A stretch of DNA of 46,151 bases from an uncultured Leptotrichiaceae bacterium. Lineage in GTDB: Bacteria > Fusobacteriota > Fusobacteriia > Fusobacteriales > Leptotrichiaceae. The notes beneath the pieces were generated by a model. The model saw only the letters and a program-made list of their open reading frames with translations. It ran no database searches and was not told the DNA's origin. The stretch covers positions 1-46,151 of the forward strand of contig CALHVR010000043.1 of the NCBI GenBank assembly GCA_938037005.1, in the 5' to 3' direction. This document shows, one piece after another, positions 19,105 to 29,600 of this stretch (position 1 is the first letter of the stretch; every line of letters begins with the position of its first letter). Position numbers and translations under genes: made by a program.

Positions 19105-20145
19105 CTATATTTCTCTCATCTCTAAAGTTCGCAATAATTTTTTATTATCAAATGCAAGTCCACCACCAACAACAACTGATTCTAATGAATTTTTAGCTCT
19201 TTTTATTGGTATCCGAACTTCCTTTTCTATTAATTTATCTAAATTTTTAATAAGTGCCCCTCCACCTGTTAAAATTATCCCATTATCTAATATATCTGCT
19301 GATAATTCTGGCGGACACTTTCCTAAAACTTCTTTTAAAGCTACGACTATTTCTCTAACAGAATCTTTTATCGCTTCATGAATTTCATTTGATGTAATTT
19401 CAATATTTCTAGGTATTCCCGTATTCAAATCTCTACCTTTTATTACAGTTTTTATATTTTCTGAAGCAGAAACTTGCATCGCCGTTCCAATATCTTTTTT
19501 TACATTTTCTGCCGTTTTATCTCCAATTAATAATCCATATTTTTTCTTAACATATTTTATTATATCTTCATCAAATTTATTACTGGCTACTCTTATTGAT
19601 TTACTTGAAACAATTTCATCTAAAGATAAAATTGCTATATCAGTAGATCCACCTCCAACATCAATTACTGTATGCCCTTCAGGAAGCGAAATATTTACTC
19701 CAGACCCTAATATAGCCGCTCTTCCTTCTTCAATTAAGTATATTTTTTTTGCCCCTATCGCTGCATCAAATATAGCTTTTCTCTCTATTGTCGTAACTTC
19801 TATCGGCACACAAATCATAATTTCCGGTTTAAAAGGAGAATTTCCGTAAATTTTTCGTATAAAAGCGTTTAACATTTCTCTTGTTGCATCTATATCTGTA
19901 ATAACTCCCTCTCTCAAAGGTCTAATTACAACAACATTATCTGCAGTTTTTCCTAACATTTCTTTCGCTTCTAATCCTACTGCCACAATTTCTCTTGTTT
20001 TTTTATCTTTTACAACGACAGATGGCTCGTTCAAAACAACTCTTTTTTGTTGTTTATCATAAATCAATACATTTGAAGTTCCTAGGTCTATCGCTATACT
20101 TTTTTTCATTCTAAAAAAATTAATAAATTTTGTCATTCTAGACAT
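19105..20145 (-). CDS. mreB: rod shape-determining protein MreB (actin-like ATPase)
   Basis: IAIDLGTSNVLIY, VIDVGGGSTDIAILS and GIILTGGGALIKNLDKLI motifs. The exact start is uncertain (several in-frame Met). Confidence 0.9.
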   Translation of the reverse strand: MSRMTKFINFFRMKKSIAIDLGTSNVLIYDKQQKRVVLNEPSVVVKDKKTREIVAVGLEAKEMLGKTADNVVVIRPLREGVITDIDATREMLNAFIRKIYGNSPFKPEIMICVPIEVTTIERKAIFDAAIGAKKIYLIEEGRAAILGSGVNISLPEGHTVIDVGGGSTDIAILSLDEIVSSKSIRVASNKFDEDIIKYVKKKYGLLIGDKTAENVKKDIGTAMQVSASENIKTVIKGRDLNTGIPRNIEITSNEIHEAIKDSVREIVVALKEVLGKCPPELSADILDNGIILTGGGALIKNLDKLIEKEVRIPIKRAKNSLESVVVGGGLAFDNKKLLRTLEMREI

Positions 20146-20169
20146 TAGTGGTTTCTCTCCCTATCTTTA

Positions 20170-20727
20170 TTAAACAGTTAATAATTCTTTTTCTTTTTTA
20201 TTTAAAGCTTCATCAATTACTGCAACAAATTTATCAGTTAATTTTTGTACTTTATCTTCTCCATTTTTCAAATCATCTTCTGTTATTTCACTATCTTTTT
20301 CTAATTTTCTTAATTTATTATTAGCATCTTTTCTTACATTTCTAATTGCAATTTTACCTTCTTCAGCTTCATTTTTTACCATTTTAACATATTCTTTTCT
20401 TCTATCTTCTGTTAATTCAGGTACAACCAATCTTATAATTCTTCCATCATTTGAAGGATTAAATCCTAAATTAGCTTGTAAAATTGTTTTTTCAATAGAT
20501 GGAATTAAAGATTTATCCCAAGGATCTACAACTAATAATCTTGCTTCTGGAGCAGACACTGTTCCTACTTGATTTAATGGTGTTGGAGTTCCATAAGCTT
20601 CAACTGTAATTCCATCTAACATTGAAACATTAGCTCTTCCCGCTCTAACATGTGAAAATTTTTCTTTTGTACTTTCTACTGATTTTAACATTTTTTCTTC
20701 TGTTTCATTTAATATCGTATTTAACAT
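20170..20727 (-). CDS. frr: ribosome recycling factor
   Basis: 185 aa. HVRAGRANVSMLDGITVEAYGTPTPLNQV and IPELTEDRRKEYVK motifs. Confidence 0.95.
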   Translation of the reverse strand: MLNTILNETEEKMLKSVESTKEKFSHVRAGRANVSMLDGITVEAYGTPTPLNQVGTVSAPEARLLVVDPWDKSLIPSIEKTILQANLGFNPSNDGRIIRLVVPELTEDRRKEYVKMVKNEAEEGKIAIRNVRKDANNKLRKLEKDSEITEDDLKNGEDKVQKLTDKFVAVIDEALNKKEKELLTV

Positions 20728-20765
20728 TATTATTCCACCTTTTATTTTTATAATTTTCGTTTTTA

Positions 20766-21485
20766 TTATTTAACTACAACTGTTCCTACATTTTTCCCTT
20801 GTGCCATTTTTAAAATGTTTCCTTCTTCCAACGCATTAAATACTAATATAGGAATATTATTCTCATTACATAAGGCTAATGCTGTTGTGTCCATAACTCC
20901 TAAGTTTTTAGTTATCGCTTCATTAAATGAAACTGTATCATATTTCACAGCGTCACTATACTTCATAGGATCTTTATCATAAATTCCATCCACTTTAGTT
21001 CCTTTTGCTAATACATCAGCATGAATTTCTGCTGCTCTCAATGCACCGCATGAATCTGTAGTGAAATAAGGATTTCCAGTTCCTCCAGAGAATATAACAA
21101 CTCTTCCTTTTTCTAAATGTCTTATAGCTTTTCTTCTAATAAACGGCTCTGCAACTTGAGGCATATTAACTGCTGTCATTACTCTTGTTGGCACTCCCAA
21201 TCTTTCAATTGCATCTTGTAACGCCAATCCATTCATAATGGTAGCCAACATTCCCATTGTATCTCCAGTAACTCTATCAAAGCCCTTTTCCGTTCCTGTT
21301 GCTCCTCTAAATATATTTCCTCCACCTATAACGATGGCAACTTCTACACCTTTTTCATGTACATCTTTTATTTGTTTTGCAAAACTATCTAAAATATCTT
21401 CCGAAAAACCAAAATCTTTGTTTCCTGCAAGAGCTTCTCCACTTAATTTTAATAAAATTCTTTTATATTTAAGCATTTTTTTCAT
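20766..21485 (-). CDS. pyrH: UMP kinase
   Basis: YKRILLKLSGEAL, VAIVIGGGNIFRG and VVIFSGGTGNPYFTTDS motifs. Confidence 0.95.
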   Translation of the reverse strand: MKKMLKYKRILLKLSGEALAGNKDFGFSEDILDSFAKQIKDVHEKGVEVAIVIGGGNIFRGATGTEKGFDRVTGDTMGMLATIMNGLALQDAIERLGVPTRVMTAVNMPQVAEPFIRRKAIRHLEKGRVVIFSGGTGNPYFTTDSCGALRAAEIHADVLAKGTKVDGIYDKDPMKYSDAVKYDTVSFNEAITKNLGVMDTTALALCNENNIPILVFNALEEGNILKMAQGKNVGTVVVK

Positions 21486-21501
21486 TCCCTTCTGAACTTT
21501 T

Positions 21502-21525
21502 AAAAAAAGGGGATTTTAATCCCCT
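21502..21525 (-). terminator. rho-independent terminator/attenuator between tsf and pyrH
   Basis: Minus strand: AGGGGAU-UAAA-AUCCCCU followed by UUUUUUU. Confidence 0.6.
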
Positions 21526-21531
21526 AGTTAA

Positions 21532-22431
21532 TTACTGACCTAATTGTGCAGCTACTTCTGCAGCGAAATCTACTTCTTCTTTTTCGATTCCTTCTCCAAC
21601 TTTGAATCTGTCAAATGATACTACTGTAAGTGGGGCAATGAATTGCTCAATTGTTACACTATCATCTCTAACATATTTTTGATTTAATAAACAATTTTCT
21701 TCATAGAATTTTCTCATTTTTCCTTCTAATATTTTTTCAATAATATTAGCTGGTTTTCCTTCAGCTTCTAATTGGTGTCTAGCAATTTCTTTTTCTCTTT
21801 CTAAGTCATCAGCTGTTACTTCTGCAGAATTTAAGTATTTAGGATCCATTGCTGCTACGTGCATTGCAACTCCTTTTGCTTTTTCCACATTTTCAGGAGT
21901 AGCATCTCCACCATTTAAGCTTAATAACACTCCAATTTTTCCACCTAAGTGAGTATAAGTTGTAACAAATCCTTCTGATTTAACAACTTTTACTCTTCTA
22001 ATATTCATGTTTTCTCCGATTTTAGCTATTAATTCAGTCAAATGAGTTTCAACTTTTTTACCGTCTAATTCGTAAGCTGCTAATTCTTCTACTGTTTCAA
22101 ATCCTTCTGCTAATGCAATTTTTACTAATTTTTCTCCAAATGATTTGAATTCGTCATTTTTAGCAACGAAATCTGTCTCTGAGTTAAATTCTAATACCGC
22201 ACCAGATTTATGATCTTCTGAAACTACTGCAAATACTAATCCTTCTGCTGCAACTCTTCCTGATTTTTTAGCTGCTTTAGCTATTCCTTTTTCTCTTAAC
22301 CAGTCAATTGCTTTTTCTATGTCTGCTCCGTTTTCTTCTAAAGCTTTTTTACAGTCAAGCATTCCTGCTCCTGTTCTTTCTCTTAATTCTTTAATAAGCG
22401 CTGTTGTTATTGCCACCTTATTTTCCTCCAA
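21532..22431 (-). CDS. tsf: translation elongation factor Ts
   Basis: [42 protein letters not shown] is the canonical UBA-like N-terminus. Confidence 0.95.
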   Translation of the reverse strand: MEENKVAITTALIKELRERTGAGMLDCKKALEENGADIEKAIDWLREKGIAKAAKKSGRVAAEGLVFAVVSEDHKSGAVLEFNSETDFVAKNDEFKSFGEKLVKIALAEGFETVEELAAYELDGKKVETHLTELIAKIGENMNIRRVKVVKSEGFVTTYTHLGGKIGVLLSLNGGDATPENVEKAKGVAMHVAAMDPKYLNSAEVTADDLEREKEIARHQLEAEGKPANIIEKILEGKMRKFYEENCLLNQKYVRDDSVTIEQFIAPLTVVSFDRFKVGEGIEKEEVDFAAEVAAQLGQ

Positions 22432-22466
22432 TCAAATATATATCAAATCAATTTTAGTTGTAATAA

Positions 22467-23249
22467 CTATTCAGTTTCTTCTACTTCCTCAACTTCTTCT
22501 TCAACGAATGTTTCTGAATCTACTAATACTTCTTCAGCTGATTCTTCTGAAACGAACCCTTCTACTCCACCATTTGCTTCTACTGCTGCATTTGCAATTA
22601 CTGAAGCGAATAATTTTACTGATCTAATTGCGTCATCATTTGCTGGAATTCTATAAGTTACTAAATCAGGATCTACGTTTGTATCAATTAACGCGATTAC
22701 AGGGATTCCTAATTTTTTAGCTTCTTCCAATGCTAAGAACTCTTTTTTAATATCTACTACGAATAACGCAGCTGGTAATTCTTTCATATTTTTGATTCCA
22801 CCGATATTTTTAGATAATTTAGCCATTTCTTTTCTCAATAATCCAGCTTCTTTTTTAGTGTAAGCTGTATCTAAAGTTCCGTCAGCGTCCATTTCTTCTA
22901 ATTCTTTTAATCTTTTTACTCTTGTTTTAATTGTTGCTAAGTTAGTTAATAATCCACCTAACCATCTATGGTTTACATAGAATCCTCCAGCTCTTTCAGC
23001 TTCTTCTCTTACTGCGTCTTGAGCTTGTTTTTTAGTTCCTACGAATAATACTTTTCCACCTTCTGCTGAAATTTCTCTTACAAATTCGTAAGCTCTTTCT
23101 GTTGAAGCTAATGTTTGATGTAAATCTAAAATATGAATTCCATTTCTTTCTGTAAAGATATAAGGTTTCATTTTAGGGTTCCATCTTTTTGCTTGGTGTC
23201 CAAAATGTGCTCCTACTTCTAATAATTGTTTCATTGTGATTACTGCCAT
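22467..23249 (-). CDS. rpsB: 30S ribosomal protein S2
   Basis: [27 protein letters not shown]... The ATG at 23249 has AGGAGG upstream. The ORF-track start at 23312 adds 21 non-homologous residues. Acidic C-terminal tail. Confidence 0.95.
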   Translation of the reverse strand: MAVITMKQLLEVGAHFGHQAKRWNPKMKPYIFTERNGIHILDLHQTLASTERAYEFVREISAEGGKVLFVGTKKQAQDAVREEAERAGGFYVNHRWLGGLLTNLATIKTRVKRLKELEEMDADGTLDTAYTKKEAGLLRKEMAKLSKNIGGIKNMKELPAALFVVDIKKEFLALEEAKKLGIPVIALIDTNVDPDLVTYRIPANDDAIRSVKLFASVIANAAVEANGGVEGFVSEESAEEVLVDSETFVEEEVEEVEETE

Positions 23250-23371
23250 TGTTTTTTTCCTCCTAATATTTTTTTGGTTTGACTCCCACTTATCTTTAAT
23301 AACAGATTGCAATCATCTTTGTTGCAACACCCTATTACTAAATAAAACAAAGTGTGATTAATAATCAATAT

Positions 23372-23400
23372 ATCTTATCAATTTTTACTATTTTTGTCAA
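23372..23400 (-). promoter_or_regulatory. rpsB-tsf promoter
   Basis: Minus strand: TTGACA (23400..23395), a 17-nt spacer, then TAAGAT (23377..23372). This leaves a leader of about 115 nt. Confidence 0.5.
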
Positions 23401-23485
23401 ATATATCACAATTTATACTTATACAAATTATTTATCTTTTGTTTTTTTATCATTAATCTTATTTATTTTTCATAATATATTAAAT

Positions 23486-23505
23486 AAAAAAGGAGCTTTC
23501 GCTCC
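23486..23505 (-). terminator. rho-independent terminator after the thi-type ABC operon
   Basis: Minus strand: GGAGC-GAAA-GCUCC followed by UUUUUU. Confidence 0.6.
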
Positions 23506-23510
23506 AAATT

Positions 23511-24257
23511 TTATTTTAAATATCGCTTAATCTCATTTTTATACTCCAAAAATTTCGGCATCATAACTAACTCATCTACTGTCTTCATTTTATCTAATTC
23601 AATTTTAATTTCTGTCAAAATTCTTCCCGGCTTATCGCCCAAAATATAAATTCTATTTGATAACAAAATTGCTTCATCAATATCATGAGTTATAAAAAGT
23701 GTAGACATTTTTATATTTTTCATCAATTCTATATACCAGTTATGCATTTTTTGTTTTGTTATAGCATCTAAAGCACTAAACGGCTCATCTAATAAGGCAA
23801 TTTCATTTGAAAACATATATGTTCTAAGAAGTGCCGCTCTTTGTCTCATTCCTCCCGATAACAATTTTGGGTAAAAATTTTCAGTGCCTTCAAGCCCAAA
23901 TTGCTTAAAATATTTACTTACCTTTTCTCTTGCATCCTGTTTTTTTTCTCCACGAATTATTAAAGGTAATGACACATTATCAATTATAGTTTTAAATGGT
24001 AAAAGTAAATCTTTTTGTAACATATAGCTTATCTTTCCCGTTTTTCCTGTAATATTTTCTGCATTCAAATTTACTTTACCTTTTTTAGGAATTATTAGAC
24101 CTGCAATAACATTGAATAAAGTTGTTTTTCCTCCACCACTTGTCCCTAAAATAGAAATAATTTCCCCTTCATACAAGTTGATTGAAATATTATCAATTAT
24201 CGTATTTCCATTAATTTCAACTGTTACATCTTTTACTTCCAATTTTTTATTCCCCAT
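23511..24257 (-). CDS. ABC transporter ATP-binding protein (NitT/TauT family; ThiZ-like)
   Basis: GTSGGGKTT Walker A, LSGGMRQRAALLR signature and LLDEPFSALD Walker B. Last gene of a TPP-riboswitch operon. Confidence 0.8.
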   Translation of the reverse strand: MGNKKLEVKDVTVEINGNTIIDNISINLYEGEIISILGTSGGGKTTLFNVIAGLIIPKKGKVNLNAENITGKTGKISYMLQKDLLLPFKTIIDNVSLPLIIRGEKKQDAREKVSKYFKQFGLEGTENFYPKLLSGGMRQRAALLRTYMFSNEIALLDEPFSALDAITKQKMHNWYIELMKNIKMSTLFITHDIDEAILLSNRIYILGDKPGRILTEIKIELDKMKTVDELVMMPKFLEYKNEIKRYLK

Positions 24258-24274
24258 AATTAAAACCTTTCACT

Positions 24275-25273
24275 TTATTTTAAATAATCATTTGAAAATC
24301 CAAAGCCACTCGGTATTTCTTTTTCAATTAATTTATTTACAAACAACCAATTATAGAAAGTATCCCAACGATTTTTATCAATTATTCCCCAAGATGCTGC
24401 ATCTGCTTGATATTTATCAGCTAACCATTTTTGACTTGCTATCGCTAATTTTTCATCTACTTCAGGAGCATTTTTAACTAATATTTTTGCTGCTTCTTCT
24501 GGATTTTTCATTGCATATTCATATCCTTTTTTTATTGCAGCCAATACTTTTTTAGCTTCCTCTGGATGAGTTTTCAAATACTCATTATTTGCAATAATTA
24601 CGGGACTATAATAATCTAATTCTTTTCCATAATCTTTAAAGTACCAATAATTTGTTTGTAATCCTGCAAGTTCTGTTGCAATACCGTCCCAAGCATAATA
24701 TACCCAAACTGCATCTATATCTGTTTTAAGACCTGTCACTACATCCGTTACCGTGTTCGGTATCATTTTTATTTTATTATAATCTCCACCATCATCTATT
24801 ACAAGTTTTTTTATCATTGCTTTTTCAATCTCATCATCCCAAGTTGCATATTTCATACCTTCCATTTTTTTAGGTCTATCAATCCCTTTATCTTTTAGAG
24901 ATATTATTCCAGAAGTATTATGTTGTATAATTGCAGCTACTGCCGTTACTGGAACTGAATCCTCTTTTGCAAACGATTTAGCTAATGTATCTTGAAAACT
25001 TATTCCAAATTGTGCTCCTCCAGCTCCAATAAGTGCTGTAGTACTTCCTTCTGGAGGTTGTACAATTTCCACATTTTCAAGCCCCAATTCTTTAAAATAT
25101 CCCAATTCTTTCGCTACAAAAAGCCCTGTATGATTTGTATTAGGTGTCCAATCCAAAACTATACTTATTTTATCTGATTTTTTCTCTGTATTCATTATTT
25201 TAGCTTCTTTTTTTTCTCCACAACTAATTAAAAAAACTAACATTCCTATTATCATTAAAAATATTTTTTTCAT
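24275..25273 (-). CDS. ABC transporter substrate-binding lipoprotein (NMT1/THI5-like; ThiY-like)
   Basis: MKKIFLMIIGMLVFLISCGEKK lipoprotein signal. LDWTPNTNHTGLFVAKELGYF is typical of NMT1/THI5-like binders. The ORF-track start at 25336 would overlap the permease gene and adds non-signal residues. Confidence 0.8.
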   Translation of the reverse strand: MKKIFLMIIGMLVFLISCGEKKEAKIMNTEKKSDKISIVLDWTPNTNHTGLFVAKELGYFKELGLENVEIVQPPEGSTTALIGAGGAQFGISFQDTLAKSFAKEDSVPVTAVAAIIQHNTSGIISLKDKGIDRPKKMEGMKYATWDDEIEKAMIKKLVIDDGGDYNKIKMIPNTVTDVVTGLKTDIDAVWVYYAWDGIATELAGLQTNYWYFKDYGKELDYYSPVIIANNEYLKTHPEEAKKVLAAIKKGYEYAMKNPEEAAKILVKNAPEVDEKLAIASQKWLADKYQADAASWGIIDKNRWDTFYNWLFVNKLIEKEIPSGFGFSNDYLK

Positions 25274-25319
25274 AAATTTCAACTCATATATTAATTTAAT
25301 ATATGCTCCTTTCTCTATA

Positions 25320-26090
25320 TTATTTATTCTCATCATTTTCCCACGGCATACTTAATATTTGAATTTTTTTCACCAAATACATTAATAATAAACTTATTAT
25401 TGAAATGAAAAAAATTACTGCAAACATTTTATCAAACGAATACGATTTTTTCACTCGTGTCATATAAACTCCAAGCCCTTCAAAGCCACCAAGCCATTCT
25501 GCTACAACTGCTCCAATTATAGAATAACTTACTGAAATTCTCAAACTTGCAAAAAAATATCCCATCGAACTTGGTATTTTTAAAAGAACAAAATTTTGAA
25601 ATGGAGTCGCTCCCATTGTTTTCATTAAATTTAAAGCATCCTTGTCTGTCGCTTTAAAGCCGTCAAGCAATCCAACTGTTATTGGGAAAAATGATGTAAT
25701 TACAATTAAAGTAATCTTTGGTAAAATTCCATATCCTAACCATAGCACTAATAACGGAGCAATCGCAACAGTTGGCACAGTTTGAGTTATAACTAACACT
25801 GGATAAATAGACTTATAAGCAAAATCATATTTATCCATAATTACTGCCATTACAAATCCTAAAATTATACCAATTCCAAGCCCTAAAAAAGCTTCAATTA
25901 ATGTTACTTTTGTATGTTGCATTAATAACGGTAAATCTTTTATAAATGCTTTTACTACTGCTAACGGAGATGGCAACATAAATTTAGGAATAATTCCAAT
26001 TACTGACATAATTTGCCATAAAATTAAAATTATAATAATTATAATAAACGGGGATATTTTATCTATTATATTTTGAAATTTTTTCTTCAA
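25320..26090 (-). CDS. ABC transporter permease (ThiX-like)
   Basis: 256-aa polytopic protein with an EAA-like loop (LMKTMGATPFQNFVLLKIPSSMGYFFASLR). Confidence 0.8.
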   Translation of the reverse strand: MKKKFQNIIDKISPFIIIIIILILWQIMSVIGIIPKFMLPSPLAVVKAFIKDLPLLMQHTKVTLIEAFLGLGIGIILGFVMAVIMDKYDFAYKSIYPVLVITQTVPTVAIAPLLVLWLGYGILPKITLIVITSFFPITVGLLDGFKATDKDALNLMKTMGATPFQNFVLLKIPSSMGYFFASLRISVSYSIIGAVVAEWLGGFEGLGVYMTRVKKSYSFDKMFAVIFFISIISLLLMYLVKKIQILSMPWENDENK

Positions 26091-26367
26091 TAGTCAAAAT
26101 CTCTCCTTTCGGCTTATAATTTATTTTAACATAAGACATTACTCCGGGAGCTCCTGCTTCAACTGCAATTATCTGACATTGTTTAACTATTTCCATAAGC
26201 TCATCATAATCTCCTTCTATCGTCGTTTCAAAAGGACCTACAACTGTTTTTAAATTTTTGCTTTCAATATAAGCTATTACCTCATCTACAATACGAATAA
26301 CCTCTTCATTTTCCACCACATTAGGTAAAACTTGTATCGCTACACTTGCTTCAATCTTTTTTCCCAT
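26059..26367 (-). CDS. MTH1187/YkoF-family (UPF0045) thiamine-precursor-binding protein
   Basis: 102 aa. The ASVAIQVLP....E..RIVDEVIAYI......TVVGPFETTIEGDYDELMEIV pattern is typical of the MTH1187 family. First ORF after the TPP riboswitch. SD GGAG and the ATG are separated by T9. Confidence 0.75.
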   Translation of the reverse strand: MGKKIEASVAIQVLPNVVENEEVIRIVDEVIAYIESKNLKTVVGPFETTIEGDYDELMEIVKQCQIIAVEAGAPGVMSYVKINYKPKGEILTIEEKISKYNR

Positions 26368-26444
26368 AAAAAAAAACTCCTTTCATTTACCGAATAGAAG
26401 CTTATTTAATAATATTTTATGTATCAAAAAATAGATTAAAATAA

Positions 26445-26518
26445 CTTCCTACGTCGGCATTATCCGTTCAGGTACTTGGGTTTAAGTTTTCACTATTCTC
26501 AGCATTTCTGCTCCCCAG
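26445..26518 (-). promoter_or_regulatory. TPP (THI-box) riboswitch
   Basis: Minus strand: CUGGGGAGCAGAAAUGCUGAGAAUAGUGAAAACUUAAACCCAAGUACCUGAACGGAUAAUGCCGACGUAGGAAG. It contains the conserved GGGG.GC...CUGAGA...ACCC...ACCUGA.C.GGAUAAUGCC.GCG.AGGAA core. Confidence 0.9.
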
Positions 26519-26538
26519 CATTTCAACATCTTACTTAT

Positions 26539-26566
26539 AGTATACCACACTTTTTATTTATATCAA
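26539..26566 (-). promoter_or_regulatory. promoter of the riboswitch-controlled thi transport operon
   Basis: Minus strand: TTGATA (26566..26561), a 16-nt spacer, then TATACT (26544..26539) preceded by TGg. The predicted start site falls just upstream of the riboswitch. Confidence 0.5.
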
Positions 26567-26587
26567 AAATCTTTTCACATATTTATT

Positions 26588-26624
26588 TTAAAAAAATAGA
26601 GCAAAGTTTTCACTTCACTCTATT
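26588..26624 (-). terminator. candidate terminator after the autotransporter gene
   Basis: 7-bp outer stem AATAGAG (26595..26601) / CTCTATT (26618..26624) plus a 4-bp inner stem. A U-run follows on the minus strand. The loop is large, so this is tentative. Confidence 0.4.
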
Positions 26625-26667
26625 TTAATTAAATTTATTCAGTTTTGAAAAATATTTCTCATTTTCT

Positions 26668-29600
26668 CTAGAATACCGCTCTAAATCCAATTCCTCCTCT
26701 TAAATTATTTCCTCTCGTATCATAACCGACATTCAATGTTAATCCAAATCTATTTTTTTCCAATCCAAATTTAAGATCTGCTTTAAAGCTTCCCATTCTA
26801 TCTTCTTTTTCTCTTGCTAAATTATACATATTTGCATCTGTATAAGCTACTTTTGCTTTATTTCTTGAATTATAAACTCTTCCTAATTCTGTCTCATAGC
26901 CTATTCCTGCACTTAAAGTATATTTAAATTCTGAATTTATTTTCTTACTGTATTTCAACTCTGCTCCAATTTCTGGTTTCACTGAAATGTAATGATTTCC
27001 TTTTACTTCTAGTCTCATTTCTCCTTTTTGCTCTTTTATAGTAGTAAATCTTCCGTATTCCACATTTAATGAACCATAAGGCACTAACGATACATGTTCT
27101 GACAATCTATAGTCTTTACTTACTTCATTTCTTACACCTATTCCATAAGTATAATATCTTGATTTCGCTCCAAATATTTCGTCCACATTTTTGTCCATAC
27201 CTCTATCCACAACTAAGTATCGTCTTTCCATGTCGTTCATTCCAACAAATCCATCCAATGAAACTTTCCATTTCAAGCTTCCGTTATTATCATATGCTCT
27301 TGTTTTGAATACTCCTAGTTTTAACATATTTTGATCTTCCACTGATTTTCCAATGTCTTTAAATCTAAATCTGTTGTGAATCAATCCAGCATACCAACCT
27401 GTTTCTTGTCCAAGTTTTATTGTTTCATCTTCATGAACATAAGCCAAACCGTAAGAATTACTTTCAAAGTCTTTTATTCCTGCTGTATCTGTTTTGAATT
27501 CATCTTTCATTCCAAATACTTTAATTTTATTATTTTGTTTTGAAGGATTATACCAATCATTCATTAAGTATCTAAACTCTTTGTCTAATTGTCTTCCTGT
27601 CATATATGTTCTTATTTGTGTATTTGCATATTGGTGACCCATCATTTCATCTACTGCTTGATGGAATAATATTTCCTCATTATTTCCTATACCATTTAAT
27701 TTATTAAATAATAATTTTTCTTTATAACCTCTATCACCAACTTGTTTATCTACTCCATATCTTTTTTCCAATCCATCTAAGAAGTTGTATGTATCTTTTT
27801 TATCTACTGGTGTAGCTTCTTTTCCAGCCCATTCTGTATAAGGAATTTTTGCTAAATATATATTTTCTATAGCTCCAGTATTTTCATCTCGTTTAATACT
27901 TGTCATCCAAGTTAAAGATCCTGAGTAAATACTCCATTTTGCAATTTGAGGGTTATTAATAATTAAATCATTATATGATTTTGTTCCTCCATTTTTTTCG
28001 TTATAAATTTTAGGATCTACTTGTATATATTTACTATTGGTATACTTAGCAGCTTCATTTCCTACTATTAAATCTACTTCTGTTAAATCTTTCAAGTTTT
28101 CAATTCCTTCTATAGGTTTAGTAAAGTCAACATTAGAAGTATCTATATACATTCCCAAAGAATTTACTGTTTTAGCTGTTGCACTTGGAGTTACCAGTTT
28201 ATCTTTTTCTAATTTTTTTATAGTTTCAGGATCTACAGTTACTAAATTAGGTGCTTTAATCGGTTTTTCATTAGGAAGTCTATTATCATAGATTCCTTTT
28301 TCATCTATTTTAACTCCTCCTAATTCTTTATCAAGTTTACTTTTATTTTCATCAAAAGCACTTGAACCTTCTCCACTTACATTGACTATTGGTATTGGCC
28401 CACTTTCTCCTTTAGTATCTGGTTCTTTAATACTTTTTCTTTCAATATCAGAAGCTATATCAAAATCCCCATAGTTTTTAATTATTCCTTTTTTATTTCC
28501 TGCTCCTGCTGCATATATTCCTTTACTATGTTTAGCATTTAATCTGATTTCAGCCCCTCGATGGTTGTATATAGTTGCTCCATTTTTTACAAAGATACCA
28601 ACTAGATTCTCTAAGCCTTCTCCCTCAGATATAATTTTTCCATAGTTATGACCTACAGCTTCATTATCAAGATAAATTCCTGTCGTATTGCTTGCTGATA
28701 AAATTATATCTCCTTTATTTACTAAAGTAGAATTTTTTTCAGTTGCAAACATACCTATAGAATGTTCTCCTGTAACTTTTATTTTTCCTTTATTGACAAT
28801 ATGTCCTGTGAATGGAGTTTTTTCATTTCTTTCCTCTATTGCAGGAGTATATCCTCCAGCCATACCTATAGCATATTTTGTTTCTCTAGGTTTTGTTTTG
28901 TCATATATTGAAGCTCCAACTTCTATAGTCGCATAGTTAGTAGCAATTTTACTTTCATCAGAAGATATACTATAAATACCTACATTTCCTTTCCCATCTT
29001 TGAAATCTATATTTCCATGGTTTTCTATTGTTCCAGCACCATAAATTCCATAGTTTTCATCACCTGTTGCTTTTAAGTGAGTATAATTTGTTACACTTCC
29101 TAATTTATCTTTAGAATATATAAATACTGTGTCACTTCCCAAATGTTTAGTTACTGTTGCTTTTGAAAGTATTGTATTATTACCTTGTTCATTATTATTA
29201 ATAAGTCCATATCCATGGTCTCCAATAGAAATATTTCCTAAAAGATTTATATTTTGTCCACTACCATTAGCATAAATTCCAACAGCTTTATTTGTTCCTA
29301 CATTTAAAGTACTTCCATCTTTTAAAGTTACATCTTTTGAATTAGAGTAAATTCCAACAGCATTGTCAGAAGTTTCTATCTTAGCTCCTGTTTCTAAAGT
29401 AACTCCATGTCCATATATACCGATTGAATTTTTTCCAACTTTTATATTTTTCTTATTTGTTATACCTATTGTAGCTTCTTTAGTATAAATTCCTATATTA
29501 GGATTAGTATCACTATCTGCAGCAGATACATCTATATCTCCTTCGTTCACAACAGAAGTTAAAGTATTTTTATTTGCTACTATTCCATATCCTTTTACTC

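Noticed and set aside
23250-23312. 21-codon N-terminal extension of rpsB
   Set aside because: AGGAGG sits directly upstream of the ATG at 23249, and S2 homologues start at MAVI(T/S)MK.LLE.G.HFGH. The extension has no homology.
25274-25336. 21-codon extension of the substrate-binding lipoprotein ORF
   Set aside because: It would place non-signal residues ahead of a perfect lipoprotein signal (MKKIFLMIIGMLVFLISC) and would overlap the end of the permease gene.
26368-26376. U9 tract between the SD and ATG of the ykoF-like gene considered as a phase-variation switch
   Set aside because: Nine nt is within the normal range for homopolymers in this AT-rich genome, and the gene is already riboswitch-controlled. 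It is noted only as a possible expression-platform element.
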